A stretch of DNA of 64,000 bases. Source: Octopus vulgaris (Eukaryota). The position numbers and the translations under genes were made by a program. Of this stretch, positions 38,637 to 52,410 are shown piece after piece. The stretch is taken from positions 24,428,001-24,492,000 of the forward strand of contig OX597814.1 of assembly GCA_951406725.2 (NCBI GenBank). The letters run 5' to 3'. Each line of letters opens with the position of its first letter. Position 1 is the stretch's first letter. A model generated the notes under the pieces. That model did no database searches and was not told where the DNA came from. It saw only the letters and a list, made by a program, of their open reading frames with translations.

Positions 38637-38850
38637 AGGTGGTAAGTAGGCAGAAACGTTAGTATGCCAGGCAAAATGCATAGTGGTATTTTGTCTGTCT
38701 TTACATTCTGAGTTCAAATTCTGCTGAGGTCGACTTTACCTTTCATCCTTTCGAGGTCGATGAATTAAGTTCCAGTTGTGTACTGGAGTCAATCTGATCG
38801 ACTGGCCACCTCTCCACGAAAAACTTCGGTCCTCATGCCTAGAGTAGAAG
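38637..38850 (+). mobile_element. Type A SINE variant
   Basis: GGCAGAAACGTTAG..GAGGTCGACTTTACCTTTCATCCTTTCGAGGTCGAT. Confidence 0.8.
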
Positions 38851-39131
38851 AGTAAAGAATATTCCTTTCACAGATTGATTCCAAGGAATGTCCTCTATCA
38901 ATTGAATCATTATAGTTGATTTAGAAATATCATAGTCAATAGTTGGAATCTTAAGCATGTCTTCAACAGATCCAAAACTAATCTCATCTAGGATGAAGAT
39001 ATATGGAAAGCTGAAAAATCATTAGAGAGTAAAGAGTTGTAACTCCTCATTGGAAATACATCAATGAGTTAAAATATTGTATTAATAAAGACATCACTAT
39101 TTTCAAAGATCTTTTTACATTTTTATCTGTG

Positions 39132-39536
39132 ACTAGCAGTATCGCCCGGCGTTGCTCGGGTTTGTTTCAACCCTTTAGAATTGGAATTTTAGAAAAGTAA
39201 AAATTTTGCATTATGTAGCATGTTATTCTCTTTAAGTGAACATTTTCTGGTTGAAATACACTGAAAAATGGCGACACAGCAATCAAAAAATCGTAAAAAA
39301 TAGGGATTTTCATAGGAAAAAAAGCACCTTTTTGATGTAAATAATTTTTGGTGTTAACATGATCCAATTTGATTTTTTTTCTTCAACGGAAGGAAGAGCA
39401 AGCCTTCTTCTATCGTACTCTCAATTTTGGTCAACTTGCGCCACAGGGTTTCGGAGGGGATAGTGTAGGTTGAAGGCTACCAAACCTGCCACACACACAC
39501 ACTCACAGACAACTTCAGCTTTATATAGAGAGAGAT
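39132..39536 (+). mobile_element. Helitron-like non-autonomous element
   Basis: Same 5' ~34 nt as 9288. 3' end ACAGACAACTTCAGCTTTATATAGAGAGAGAT. Confidence 0.6.
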
Positions 39537-39847
39537 TAACTTGATCTGAACGTGCCAAAATAAGTGTACAAAGTACAATTTTTCTTCTGCAAAATTATAA
39601 ATATTCCTGGAAGATTTTCATTTAAATTACTCCAATACAAATTTTAAATATAAGTATTCACATACTCCCCACACTATTTGAACTTTACAAACTCTTCTAC
39701 TCTTGTATGATCTAAATGTTGCCAAAACAGACATCTCCAAATTTTTTGGACCTAGGTCTTACTTTATATCTACTCATCTATTTGAATTCCGATTCTCATG
39801 AAGTAACTGTTCTGCTACACCCATTTTTTACATTCACTAGTAATCTC

Positions 39848-40128
39848 TCATTACCAGCGTCGCCCTACTGACACTTGTGCCAGTGGGACGTGAACAAAAC
39901 ATTCGAGCGAGGCCATTGCCAGTACTGCCAGACTGGCCCTCATGCCAGTGGCATGTAAAAGCACCTGCTACACTCTTAGAGTGGTTGGTGTTAGGAAGGG
40001 CATCAAGCTGTAGAAACTCTGCCAAATCAGATTGGAGACTGGTGCAGCCATCTGGTTCGCCAGTCCTCAGTCAAATCGTCCAACCCATGCTAGCATGGAA
40101 AGCAGACGTTAAATGATGATGATGTTGA
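39848..40128 (+). mobile_element. RTE 3' UTR fragment
   Basis: Tail motif and (GAT)n. Confidence 0.85.
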
Positions 40129-40149
40129 TTTCATAATACACAAGTAGGT

Positions 40150-40912
40150 ACAGGCATGGTCGTGTGGTTAAGAAGCTTGTTTTGCAACCCCATGGTTTCA
40201 GGCTCAGTCCCAGTGCATAGCACCTTGAGCAAGTGTCTTCTACTATAACTCCAAAACAACAAAAGCCTTTTGGTAGATGGAATCTGCATAGAAGCCTGTT
40301 ATATCAATGCATCTGTCTGTCCGATTGCCTGCCTGTCTGTCTGCCTGCCTCTCTGTGTTCATGCATGAGCATGTACATGTGTGTGTGTGTGTTTGTGTTT
40401 CTCCACCACCCCACTATGTGACAACTGTTGTTGGTTTTTTTTACAGCCTGCTAACTTAGTGGTTTAGCAAAATTGACCAACAGAATAAGCACCAGACTTA
40501 AGAAATAAGTACTGGAGTCTATTTGTTTGGCTAAGCCATTCAAGGCAGTATTGTTGTTTGTTCCTTCTCGAGCCATGCCTGGCTCATAAGGGCCAGTCTC
40601 CCGGTTTCCTTGGCATATAGGTTCGCCACCTGGACAGGATGCTGGTCCATCGCAGGTGAGCTGCAAGATGCAGGAGGAAAGAGTGAGAGAAAGTTGTGGC
40701 GAAAGAGTCAGCAGAAGTTCGCCATTACCTTCTGCCGGAGCTGCGTGGAGCTTAGGTGTTTCGCTCATAAACACACACATCGCCCGGTCTGAGATTTGAA
40801 CCTGCGATCCCTCAACCACGAGTCTGCTGCTCTAACCACTAGGCCATGTGTCTCCACAAGGCAGTGTCCAAACATAGCTGTAGTCCAAAGACTGAAATAA
40901 GTAAACGATAAA
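40150..40912 (+). mobile_element. Old type B SINE with a type C SINE (-, 40550-40856) nested inside
   Basis: The host SINE resumes after the insert. TSD CAAGGCAGT at 40541 and 40857. Confidence 0.82.
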
Positions 40913-41939
40913 TAATCCACCGGCACACATACATTTTCCTGGAGCATGAAACCTATCCACTAAATCGATTTATTTAAATTTCCACATCAAAGTTTGTCAT
41001 ATTGATTCATATCCTACTTTGCCAATAAACCAAGCTTATTTACTTGTAATTTTGAAGTTACTGTTCACTATGTCATCAGAAACAAAATGAAATAAGAAAC
41101 AATACACAAACAGAATACAAAAGAGTCAATCAACAAGATTTCATGGTAATAGTGTGTAGCATTAATGCAACATCCAAAAAGTTGTAAATCTGAAAATACC
41201 AGGAAGTGATATTAATGCCAAACATTTCATAATTTGTAAACTAAAATAGGTATATGTCAACATTTGTTTTGTGGATATGCTCAGCAAATGATTAGTATTT
41301 AATGTCTATTACATTGAAGTTACTTGTGTCTTTCTTCACAAGAAGCTGATTATTACAATGAACTTAAAATATACAAGAACTATAAAATCTGGATCATAAA
41401 TGTCATTTTTTTCTAATTTGATATAGACATTTTTAATTTAGTTTTATTTATATCTCTTTTCATGAAAAACTGCTCTTAAAACTTTTTCAATCTTAATAAA
41501 AATTCCTGTTGCTTCAATGCAAAATCATATCATCTATGGGTGCTAGTGTGGCTGTCTTGTTAAAAAAATTTACTTGGCAACTACGTAAACTTAGTTTCAA
41601 CCTCTATGAGTGGAATCTTGAGCAAGTATCTTCTAAAATAACTTCTGTATGATCAAAGTCTTGCAAAACATTTTAGTAGATCAAAATTGTGCAGGAGTCC
41701 AACGTAGGGGCCATTTTTGTTTTGGTGCATGAAACTCAATCTACTGCATGGTTTGATGTTTCCATCAGATTTTTGGGTGCCTTTAGTGGGGTCATACAGT
41801 TCCATGCATTTGAACTATATTTTCTGTGTGAGAATAGCTTCCTCCTTTTCTCACACCAGTCTGAAAGGGCTTGAAAAAAGGGCTATGGATGTGTTCTTCC
41901 TTTGTGTAAGACATGAAAAGAAATCTGAAGGAATATAAT

Positions 41940-42380
41940 TCAATACATTGGCTTCTGTACCAGTGGCACGTGACCTGCTGTGCTTGAGGAGACCTATTGA
42001 GTTAAGTACATCAACATCAAAATAAATATCAAATGGAAATTGTAGTTGTGATACCTGTGCCGGTGGCACATAAAAAGCACTATCCGAACGTGACCGATGC
42101 CAGTGCCGCCTTGACTGGCTTCTCTGTTGGTGCCACGTAAAAAGTACCAACCGATTGTGACCGCTGCCAACCTCCCCTGGCATCTGTGCCGGTGACACGT
42201 AAAAAGCACCCACTACACTTACGGAGTGGTTGGCATTAGGAAGGGCATGCAGCTGTAGAAACACTGCCAGATCAGACTGGAGCCTGGTGCAGCCTCCTGG
42301 CTTTCCAGACTCCGGTCAAACCGTCCAACCCATGCTAGCATGGAAAACGGACGTTAAACGAGGATGATGATGATGATGAT
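41940..42380 (+). mobile_element. RTE 3' UTR fragment
   Basis: Tail motif and (GAT)n. Confidence 0.88.
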
Positions 42381-42879
42381 TATCCTGCATAGCTTGATAT
42401 GGAAATTTATACTAAGATCAGTAAGACAATGTGAGATGTAAACATTGTGAAGTAGTCGATTATGATCTGGGTGGTAGCACTTCTTAGATAGAGGTGGCAA
42501 ATGTTAAAGATATTATGATGGGCACAAAGTGATTAGAGGGGGTTATGATTATTTTGAGAAATAAGATATTTAAGTCAGGTAAAATATTTAAATTTCAAAA
42601 CACGTTTTCCAAAAAGAGGGAAAAATTCTTCAGCAAGATTAAGTGAGCAGAAACATGACTAATGAAGTGCCAAGGCCCAAAATATGATTTAATTATGTAA
42701 GTCCTCATATTCTTCAGTAATTTTCATAAAATATCCACATAGGGTACACTAGTCCGTTCAAATATCTGATAAATAGCACCAGAAGAGGTAAATATTGATA
42801 TACATACTTGTACAATACACACACAGATGTATATATAAACAGGTGTATGTGTATTATATATCTTTTTATCATTTTTTAA

Positions 42880-43333
42880 TCTTTTTACTTGTTTCACTCA
42901 TTTGATTGTGGCCAAGCTGGGGTAGTACCTTAAGGATTTATAATTGAACAAATTTATCTCAGAACTTATTATTTTCATATTAAGCCTAGTATGTATTCTA
43001 TTGGTCTGTTTTGCTGAACCACTAAATTATGGGGGTGTGAACACAGCAACACCAGTTGTCAAGCAGTCATGGAGGACAAACACAGACACAAAGGTATGCA
43101 CACATAGATATATATATGCATGCATAGATATATATATGCATACATATACATACATACATATATATATATATATAGTTCAAATTCTGCCGAGGTCGACTTT
43201 GCCTATCATCCTTTCGGGGTTGATAAATTAAGTACAATTTCTGCACTGGGGTTGATGTAATCGACTTAATCCCTTTGTCTGTCCTTGTTTGTCCCCTCTG
43301 TGTTTAGCTCCTTGTGGGTAGTAAAGAAATATA

Positions 43334-43372
<39 letters not shown>

Positions 43373-44107
43373 ACATGTAGTTTGTATATATATATATATA
43401 TATATGTGTGTTTGTGTGTGTATATGCATGTAAGTATATAATATATGTGGAGGCGCAATGGCCCAGTGGTTAGGGCAGCGGACTCGTGGTCGTAGGATCG
43501 CGGTTTCGATTCCCAGACCGGGCGTTGTGAGTGTTTATTGAGCGAAAACACCTAAAAAGCTCCATGAGGCTCCGGCAGGGATGGTGGTGATCCCTGCTGT
43601 ACTCTTTCACCACAACTTTCTCTCACTCTTACTTCCTGTTTCTGTTGTACCTGTATTTCAAAGGGCCGGCCTTGTCACTCTCTGTGTCACGCTGAATATC
43701 CCCGAGAACTACGTTAAGGGTACACGTGTCTGTGGAGTGCTCAGCCACTTACACGTTAATTTCACGAGCAGGCTGTTCCGTTGATCGGATTAACCGGAAC
43801 CCTCGTCGTCGGAACCGACGGAGTGCTTCCATTCCATATAATATATATATAATATATAGTATATAATATATATAAAGGCGGTGAGCTAGCAGAAACGTTA
43901 GCACGCCGGGTGAAATACTTAGCGATATTTCGTCTGCTGCTACGTTCTGAGTTCAAATTCCGCTGAGGTCGACTTTGCCTTTCATCCTTTCAGGGTCGAT
44001 AAATTAAGTACCAGTGACGCACTGGGGTCGATGTAATCGACTTAATCCGTTTGTCTGTACTTGTTTGTCCCCTCTATGTTTAGCCCCTTGTGGGTAGTAA
44101 AGAAATA
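42880..44107. mobile_element. SINE cluster: type B 3' part (-, 42880-43170), truncated type A (+, 43175-43331), type C (+, 43449-43830), full type A (+, 43875-44107)
   Basis: Family motifs as above. AGTATATAATATATA flanks the 43875 copy (TSD). Confidence 0.85.
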
Positions 44108-45751
44108 AGTATATAATATATATCCATAAATATATGATGGACTTCCACACAATTCCACTCGACTTAAGGTCATGACAGAAAGCATATACCCAAGGTGCTA
44201 TGCAGTGGAATCAAACCTGGAATTGTGTGGTTGCAAAATGAGCATTTTAACTGCATAGTCTTACTCTGGGGTATATCTTTTATAGTTTGAAAGAAGTTTT
44301 CCAATTTCTTCTGAAGTTCTTGATTAATATTGACAAATTATTCCTGATAGGTATAAATATTTTATATATAATGTCTAGTGTCACAGTTTTGAATACACAA
44401 ATAAGCAGTTACCATGAAGATCCTCCATTTGATATTGTATTTGACACTTGTTGCCACTTATATTCTAAAAGTGCACACTCCATATACACACATGCACACA
44501 CTCTCTCGCTCTCTCTCTCTCTTACTCATACACATATATACATAAAACCATACTAACCAATGTCAGAGGCTTTACGTGATCACTCTCTCTGCTAAAATTA
44601 GAAGCCAAATGTCTATATTTGTTTGTCTCTATCTCTTTCTGTAGTCATTTAATGAAAAGAATGTACATTAGATTATGTTGTCTTAGATATTTAAAAGAAT
44701 TATAAGGTAGTCATGTCTGGAATGCTTTTGATCATCATTAGTCAAGGCTGACCTTGAGTTAAATAACAGTACCACCATGTATTTGTATGCAACGCACGCC
44801 CAAACACATACACACACAGACATACACACATGCATGCGTACACACACATACACACGTGCACACATACCCACAAATACACACACATAATCACATGCTCATA
44901 TGACACACACAGGCCTTGAGCTGTTGACAACTTCAAGCAAGGCAAATTATTCCATTTACCATGTTTACCAACCTGCCATAAATGTACTCAATCAGCTACA
45001 TCATTATGATTTTCGGCTTTAATTTTCTAAGACTCCAGGGGGTTTTAGTGCTCATAAAGACATTCAAGTACTTTTTTTTTTACATTTAAAGATTCTTTCA
45101 TACTAGAAAAAAATAGGAAAAAAACAAAAACAAATGTATAAAATTATCCTTAATTGTTCACAAAATGCTGGGTTCTTTTCCTCTTTTTTTTTTATCTAAG
45201 CAGTACTATATAATTATGCAGTGATGCAGACTTCTATCATTCAAAAATTTGAAACAAAATCAACAATTAAGAACTCTCACGAGACTTTCTTTTTTTTTCT
45301 CTCTCTCTCAATACTTCTGTGAGTTGATAAAATGATTAAAAATGTTTGCAGTCTTTTGTCTCATGTTCCATAAATTGATCAAAGTAAAACACGATAACTT
45401 GACTAGACTAGGAATAATTAAAGAAACTGTTGGAACTTCAATTAGTAAAGAGAAAAAGATAATTTTTTTTTAAATACCGTGCTTTATAAACCTTCTTACT
45501 CTTTGGGCTAAAGAAAAGAAAAAGATTTGAAACATGAAAAGAAGTGCAATGAATTAAGGAATATCACATTTTTACAATTAGTGAATTTATCTGATTTCTA
45601 AGAAACTATAAAACATCATCCATCTCAAGAGATAAAATAATGCCGGCTATATATTTCAAACAACGAAACTCAGATAAAAAATAAACAATGCAAGTTTTTT
45701 TTAAAACCTAACAATTTATCAGCTATTAAATCTCTTAGTAAAATATCTCAC

Positions 45752-45971
45752 TTTTTGTTTCAAGAACTTGTTTATGTAGACAAATAACTTTTAGATATGT
45801 TCGATAGACAAGTTAACTCTCGTGAAGCAGATGTAGAACTTTGAAAATGTATAGTCCTCGAATGAAAATAAGCAGTTTTGTCACTGATGGATAAAATTAC
45901 ACTTTGGCCCTCGATCACAGCCTGATCTGTAAATTGAGCATCTTCTCATTAGCTTCAACTATATTCTTGTG
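45752..45971 (-). other. Candidate exon (HKNIVEANEKMLNLQIRL* in phase 0)
   Basis: Unique-looking sequence with acceptor CATTTCTTCAG and possible donor GTGAG. Stop at 45915-45917. No homology recognised. Confidence 0.3.
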
Positions 45972-46894
45972 CTGAAGAAATGATGGTAATTGAATAAATA
46001 AGCAGTAGAAGTGTCTAATGATAAGGTGTTGCAGAGAGGTGTTATTGAATTACCACATGAAACATGTCACTATTGAAGAATAGGTGTTAAGCAGTGCAGG
46101 GAATGATATTATCACTAACATGTTATCAAATATACCATGCAATATGGGGAGAATAAAAACAAAAAAAAGCAGGTGTGAATTGTGAATGTTAAAACTAATG
46201 TCAATATTGATGAGAGGGATCATGATTTCATTTGACTAGATGTAAGAGCTTTTGCAATGGGGTGTGAGAAAACCTTAATACTACTGATTATGTTATTAAC
46301 CATATTAGCTATGTTTACTATTATGCCATGAAAAGCAAATTCAGCCCTTATGATGTTGAGACAGATTAATTTTAGTCCCATTGTCATATAATCCATCAAA
46401 GTTTAGTTATATCCGCTATATGGTTTATGTCTGTTCTGCATGTGATGCTTTGAACATGAGTTGGATGCATGCACCTTTAATAATTAGTATCACAATTTTG
46501 AAATGTGTTCACCGAATATACTTATCTAAATGCATATGAAATATTCTGAAGTTGAATATTGCAACAAGATTTTGTCAAACAGCACATTGTATTGTGCATA
46601 TTTACAATACCTCTTTATTCACAGGTAACCTGATCTATAGCAAATTAACTGATTGCCTGAGAGAGACTCATCATATATCAGTTGATTCCTTTTGATGAAA
46701 TTGCGAAGTTTTCAGTATAAATTGAGTGGATTAATATATATGCAGCATGGTCAGGAGGCGTGTTTTGCAATCTCATGGTTATGGGTTCAGTCCCACTGTA
46801 GGGCACCTTGGACACGTATCTTCTACTATAGCTTAGGGCCTTGTAAGTGAAATTGGTAGACAGAAACTGTGTGGAGGCCATTTGTGATTATATG

Positions 46895-47735
46895 CTCTGT
46901 ATCAATACCCAAGATTCATATCTGTCAGTAAGGGCAGATGCATCCCTTCTTCTGATGATTGACTGCTAAAGCTAGTGCTTCAGTACAATTCTTGCATCTA
47001 ATTCAGTTTCCTGCCTCCCATCACTCATACTTGAGCTTCTCCATCTGCTTCAGTAGGATTCCACTCACATGTAGAATGCACTGTGCAGGCCTCCTTGAGA
47101 GGATGAGTGTCTCAGTCTTCTCAGGACTGATTTTCATTCTTGCCCATCAGCAGTTAATGTATCAAGTGCATGTAAGAGATCATCTGCCAACAAGTTGAGT
47201 AGCACCATGTCGTTTTCAAAATCCAGCTGACTGATCCTACTCTTCCAACCTAGCTTTGCATGTCAGTCTTCTCTATAAAGTTTATGAACACAAGGTGGTA
47301 CCCAACTGAATGATTTTGACTTAGTCTTTTCTCCAAACACAAATACTTGGGTATTCATATAGGGACTTCAAGGCAACAAGGTGCTGTCCATCAATCCCAT
47401 ACTCCTGTAGAAACGTTTACGACAAGTCCCATTGAATGCAGCCCAATTCTTTTTCAAGGACTACGAAACAAGCATATACTTCTTGACCATACTTTCATGA
47501 CTTCTTGAAGACCAGTTGCAGAGTGGATATTTGGTCAACTATACTGTCTGGGGCCAAATCTACACTGTTCGTCATCTAGCTTGAGCTTGACAATATCCCA
47601 ACATCTCTTTGTCAGACACCCAAAATAGACTTTTCTTGCTCTAATTACAGAGGAATCTCCTTGTTAATTAACAAGGAAATTCCTCTGTAATTAGAGCAGC
47701 CACTCTGGTCAACCTTTACGGCTATTGGGATTGGT
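46895..47735 (-). mobile_element. Degenerate RTE-clade (Rex3/Expander-like) RT fragment
   Basis: IPIAVKVDQSGCSNYRGISLL..KVYFGCLTKRCWDIVKLKLDDEQCRF..DQISTLQ..YACFVVLEK..LQEYGIDG..LKSLY. Confidence 0.85.
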
Positions 47736-48391
47736 AAATTAGTACATTCCAAAGCATATTTAGATTTAATCTTATCACAATTAAGATTTCAAGATATATT
47801 TTATATTCCACAATAAAATTAATAACCTTTACAAAATAGAAGACAATACCTACAAATAACTGTTTAATAAAAAAAATCTACCTACAATAACAAAAATGAT
47901 GTCATAATTACAATAATATATAAACAGTAAAACAAAATCTTTAAATATTTCACACATCAAATTCGATAATTGGTTAGAATGCTTGCTAAATGCAAAGCAG
48001 TTGTTGCTATGCTTAGAGGACACAATGAGAATTTTTACTTTAATCTTAAATGCTGATTAATTAATCCTGTAAAAACAGAGATAAAAATTAATTAGCATGA
48101 ATGACTCAAATTAAAATTAAAAATACTATTAAGAATGAAACCAGCCTTCAGCAATATGTTACTTGCAGTACAGTAATTAGTTCGGTCAACAGCTTTAATA
48201 ATAAACACAACTCTAAGTTCACTCAATTTAACGTCATCTAATTTTATCTTTTGATTTCTAAATAAATAAAAAAAATTCAGATTCCCAAAGTTAATTTGAT
48301 ATCAGTAATGGGACATTCATTTGTGGATAAATATTTGATTTCATTGGTATATATATACACACACATACACATATTTATACATACATGTATA

Positions 48392-49230
48392 ATCATCATC
48401 ATTTAATGTCCATTGCCCATGCTGGCATAGGTTGGACAGTTTGACTGTGCTGGCATGCTCGAAAGCTATGCCAAGCTCCAGTCTTGTGTGGTGAGGTTTT
48501 CTAAATCTGGATGCTCTTCCTAATACCAACCACTCCAAGAGTGTAATGAGTGCTTTAACATGTCACTGGTACAGGTGCCATTTGCATGATAATAGTATCT
48601 GCCACAACTGTGAATTTGCTCAGCTTGATCGGTCTTCTTCTCAAGCACGATGATGCCAAAGGTCTGGATCATTGCCTCCATGAGGCCTGACACTCAAAAG
48701 GAGCTTAGCCACTTTGCTTCCATGAGGCCCAACACTCAAAAGGAACTCAACCACCTCACATTCTTGAGGCCCAACAATCAAAAGGAACTCAGTCACTTTG
48801 CCTCCCTGAGACCCAGGAGCTCGGTCACTTTGCCTCCATAACCACACTATCGGTATCAGGTTTGCCTATGTTCTCAAGTACATTAAGCAGTGGGCTGATT
48901 CCAGTGCTTTCTGTTGGCTACAGATTTTCTCTGCATCCAGCCATGCGGTATTAGCCTCTCTTATGTCAGTTATGAATGCTTTGTGCCATGTGAATTTTTG
49001 GTCTTCCTTTCTTTTTTGTTCCATTTGGTGGTGTCCTTTTGAAAGTTGGTTTAGATTTGCTTTGTTCTGGCAAACAGACCAGCCAGTTTTAATTTTCATT
49101 GTGTGATGATTTCTCTTAGTGGACTTGTGTTGGGTCTCTTTAATATGTTTTCATATGCTATGCCCAAAGTAAGAAAATACCACCTAAAATATTGGAGCAT
49201 ATTGAGATGGGTTGCTGTATTTTACCATGC
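48392..49230 (-). mobile_element. RTE 3' UTR with ~40-bp tandem units (48392-48840), plus a second RTE ORF2 end (48862-49230)
   Basis: Tail motif; TTGCCTCCATGAGGCCCAACACTCAAAAGGA repeated 3-4 times; peptide TWHKAFITDIREANTAWLDAEKI. Confidence 0.72.
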
Positions 49231-49618
49231 CAGTGGGCATATGCTATCTTAAGGAAACAGCATATTAACATCTTTAAAATGTACAACCAAAATAGTCTTT
49301 TCTACTAAAGTAAGTTTCTTAAATTCTGCATTTTCTATTGTTACTGCTGTAAATTTAATTGCAAATAAATACAACTATACAATAAATCAAAGAAAAAGCA
49401 AAAGCTTAACATATATTAATATTAACTCCTGATACCCAGTCATAGTTTTTAAAAACTGATAAGTAACGTTAGTAAAATCTTCAAACATTTAACAATAATA
49501 TCTTCAATAAGCTAGTACCTTATCATAATAATGCTTTAGAAATTGTCAGAACCATGCAATTGAAAGCAGCGGTTTGAAAATAAGATTATTCACATTCCCT
49601 AACCTCTTGTCTTTAAAC

Positions 49619-49784
49619 AGGAGTGGCTGTGTGGTAAGTAGCTTGCTTACCAATCACATGGTTCTGGATTCAGTCTCATTGTGTGACACCTTGGGCAAGT
49701 GTCTTCTACTATAGCCTTGGGCCAACCAAAGCCTTGTGAGTAGATTTGGTAGATGGAAATTGAAAGAAGCCCATTGTATATATG

Positions 49785-49839
<55 letters not shown>

Positions 49840-50241
49840 GTATATATATATGTATGTATATATATATATATGTATGTATATATATATGTATGTATATATA
49901 TATATATGTATGTATATATATATATGTATGTATATATATATGTATGTATATATATATGTATGTATATATATATATGTGTATATATATATATGTATATGTA
50001 TATATATATGTATGTATGTGTGCATATATGTTTGTGTGTCTGTGTTTGTCCCCCCAACATTGCTTGACAACCAATGCTGGTGTGTTTATGTTCCCGTAAC
50101 TTAGCAGTTCGGTAAAAGGGACTGATAGAATAAGTACTAAGCTTACAAAGAATAAATCCTGGGGCCGATTTGCTCGACTAAAGGCGGTGCTCCAGCATGG
50201 CCACAGTCAAATGACTGAAACAAGTAAAAGAGTAAAAGAGA
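49619..50241 (+). mobile_element. Type B SINE with an expanded internal (TA/TATG)n
   Basis: Homologous to 12023; the internal microsatellite is about 250 bp. Confidence 0.9.
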
Positions 50242-50569
50242 TAGTCCAAGCATATATTTCCCTTAAATTTTAAGTTAAATACTGCTAAAACATTGCCAGC
50301 TCTAATATATGAGTTTTTCTCAGTTACCACTCTACAGAAAACTTTTCAATAGAAACAGTCTAAAAATGAAGTTACAACCGTACACCCAACATAAAAGATA
50401 TGAAATAAGCCTACAAAATAACAGCAGCAATCTGCACATTTAGAAACATCAATTTTTAAAAAATGCTGCTTCAATCATACATCTTCATTTCGGGACATAA
50501 AAAAGAAGCCTATGACATTATTACATGGCATTTGATATTTAAAAGAATATCATATTGATCTTAGTCAGA

Positions 50570-51103
50570 ATCAAATTCGATGAATTGCATCGGTGTTAGC
50601 AGGGTACAAAGATCACCATACGAGTGTGATCGTTGACAGAGCAGCTAACCAGCTTCCGTGCCAGTGGCACATAAAAGGTACCATTCGAGTGTGATCGTTA
50701 CCAGCGTCACCTTACTGGCGCTCGAGCCCCATGCTATTAGTGTTAAGAGCATCATCCAAGTATGATCATTGCCAGTGTGGCTAACTGGCTTCCGGTGGCA
50801 TGTAAAAGGCACCAGCGTGATCATTACCAGCATCACCTTACTGGCACCAGTATCAGTGGCATGTGTAAAAGATCCGAGCAAGGTCATTGCCAGTACCACC
50901 TGACTGCCCCGTGCTGTTGGCACATAAAAACACCCACGACACTCAGAGAGTGGTTGGCATTAGGAAGGGCATTCAGCTGTGGTAAATTCTGCCAGATCAA
51001 GATTGAAGCCTGGTGCAGCCATTTGGTTTGCCAACCCTCAGTCAAATCGTCCAACCCATGCTAGCATGAAAAGCGGACGTCAAACGATGATGATGATGAT
51101 GAT
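50570..51103 (+). mobile_element. RTE 3' UTR fragment
   Basis: Degenerate ~60-bp units, tail motif and (GAT)n. Confidence 0.85.
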
Positions 51104-51255
51104 ATTAAGCAGAGAATTATTGCATGATGCAGACCATACACTAACTGTGCAAAAATATTTAATCTATATACAGCTCAAAAGAAACTCGTAGTGAATAACA
51201 TCAACAATCCATGAATTATTTATTATCTTATTACAATCTAATTTCTCAGTCTCAC

Positions 51256-51450
51256 TCATACACCACAAACTTTTCAACATTAACAGCTTGAAAATGAACT
51301 TGCCAGGGCAGTTTCACTTCCCAAATAGCCGTTCATAATCAAATAGACAAACATCCCACTAAATCGGATCCACATATCTTGACTGTATTTGAAAACATCC
51401 CTCAAACTTCCCAATTAGTGGATTGATCCTCTGTAAAGCAAGCATAACAT
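51256..51450 (-). other. Candidate 195-nt exon, stops in all frames (non-coding, poison or pseudo-exon)
   Basis: Strong acceptor CTTTACTTTTTCCAG and donor GTGAG; unique-looking sequence. Confidence 0.3.
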
Positions 51451-51828
51451 CTGGAAAAAGTAAAGAAAGGAATTGTATGGAACATGCCACCAACACCTTT
51501 GGCAGCTTATGTTCAGATTGAAGGTGAAAATTCTACTGAATTATTACAATTCATCTTCAATTTAAGGTTCGATAGAATCTAATTTATTTTTAAGGCCACT
51601 GTTTACACTAGTTGTATTAGAAATTGCAGATTGTGCTCAAATTAAAGGTTCAGAAAATGGAAACAGCCATCAAGATTTCTGAGCAGAAATTTATTTTTAG
51701 GAACTTATTTTGTTGTGGCCACAGTCAACCATTTCTTTTACAAATGCAAAAAGCTTCTATTAGTGTACAAGACAACTTTGTAGCCAATCATTTGAAAACA
51801 ATGAAAATCAACTCCACCAGTGTTCCAA

Positions 51829-52410
51829 TCATCATCATCGTCATTTAGCGTCTGTTTTCCATGCTGGTATGGGTTGGACGGTTTGACTGGAACTGGTAAG
51901 CCAGAGAGCTGCACCAAGTTCTAGTCTGATTTAGCATGGTTTTACAGCTGGATGCCCTTCCTAAAGCCAACCACTCCAAAAGTGTAATGGGTGCTTTTTA
52001 CATGCCACTGGCATGAGTGCTTCTATGTGCCACTGGCACGGGTGCCAGTTGCATGAGACCAGCATCGGCCATGATTTCACTTGGCTTGACAAGTCTTCTC
52101 AAGCATGGCATATTCCCATAGATCTCAGTTACTTGTCATTGCCTCTATGAGGCCCAATGTTTGAAGATCATGCTTCACCACCTTGTCTCATGTCTTCCTG
52201 CATCTACCACGTTCACAGATTCCCTCCACAGTTAGAAATTGGCACTTCTTTTATATAGCTGTCCTCATTCATAGGCACCACGTGACCATACCAGCACAGT
52301 CGTCTCTCTTGCACCACATTCGATGCTTCTTATGCCCAACTTTTCTCTCAAAAAGCTTACACTGTGTCATACATGCACATTGACATTGCACATCCAGCAA
52401 AACATACTAT
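51829..52410 (-). mobile_element. RTE 3' end fragment
   Basis: Reverse complement of the tail and of the ERRLxWYGHV region. Confidence 0.85.
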
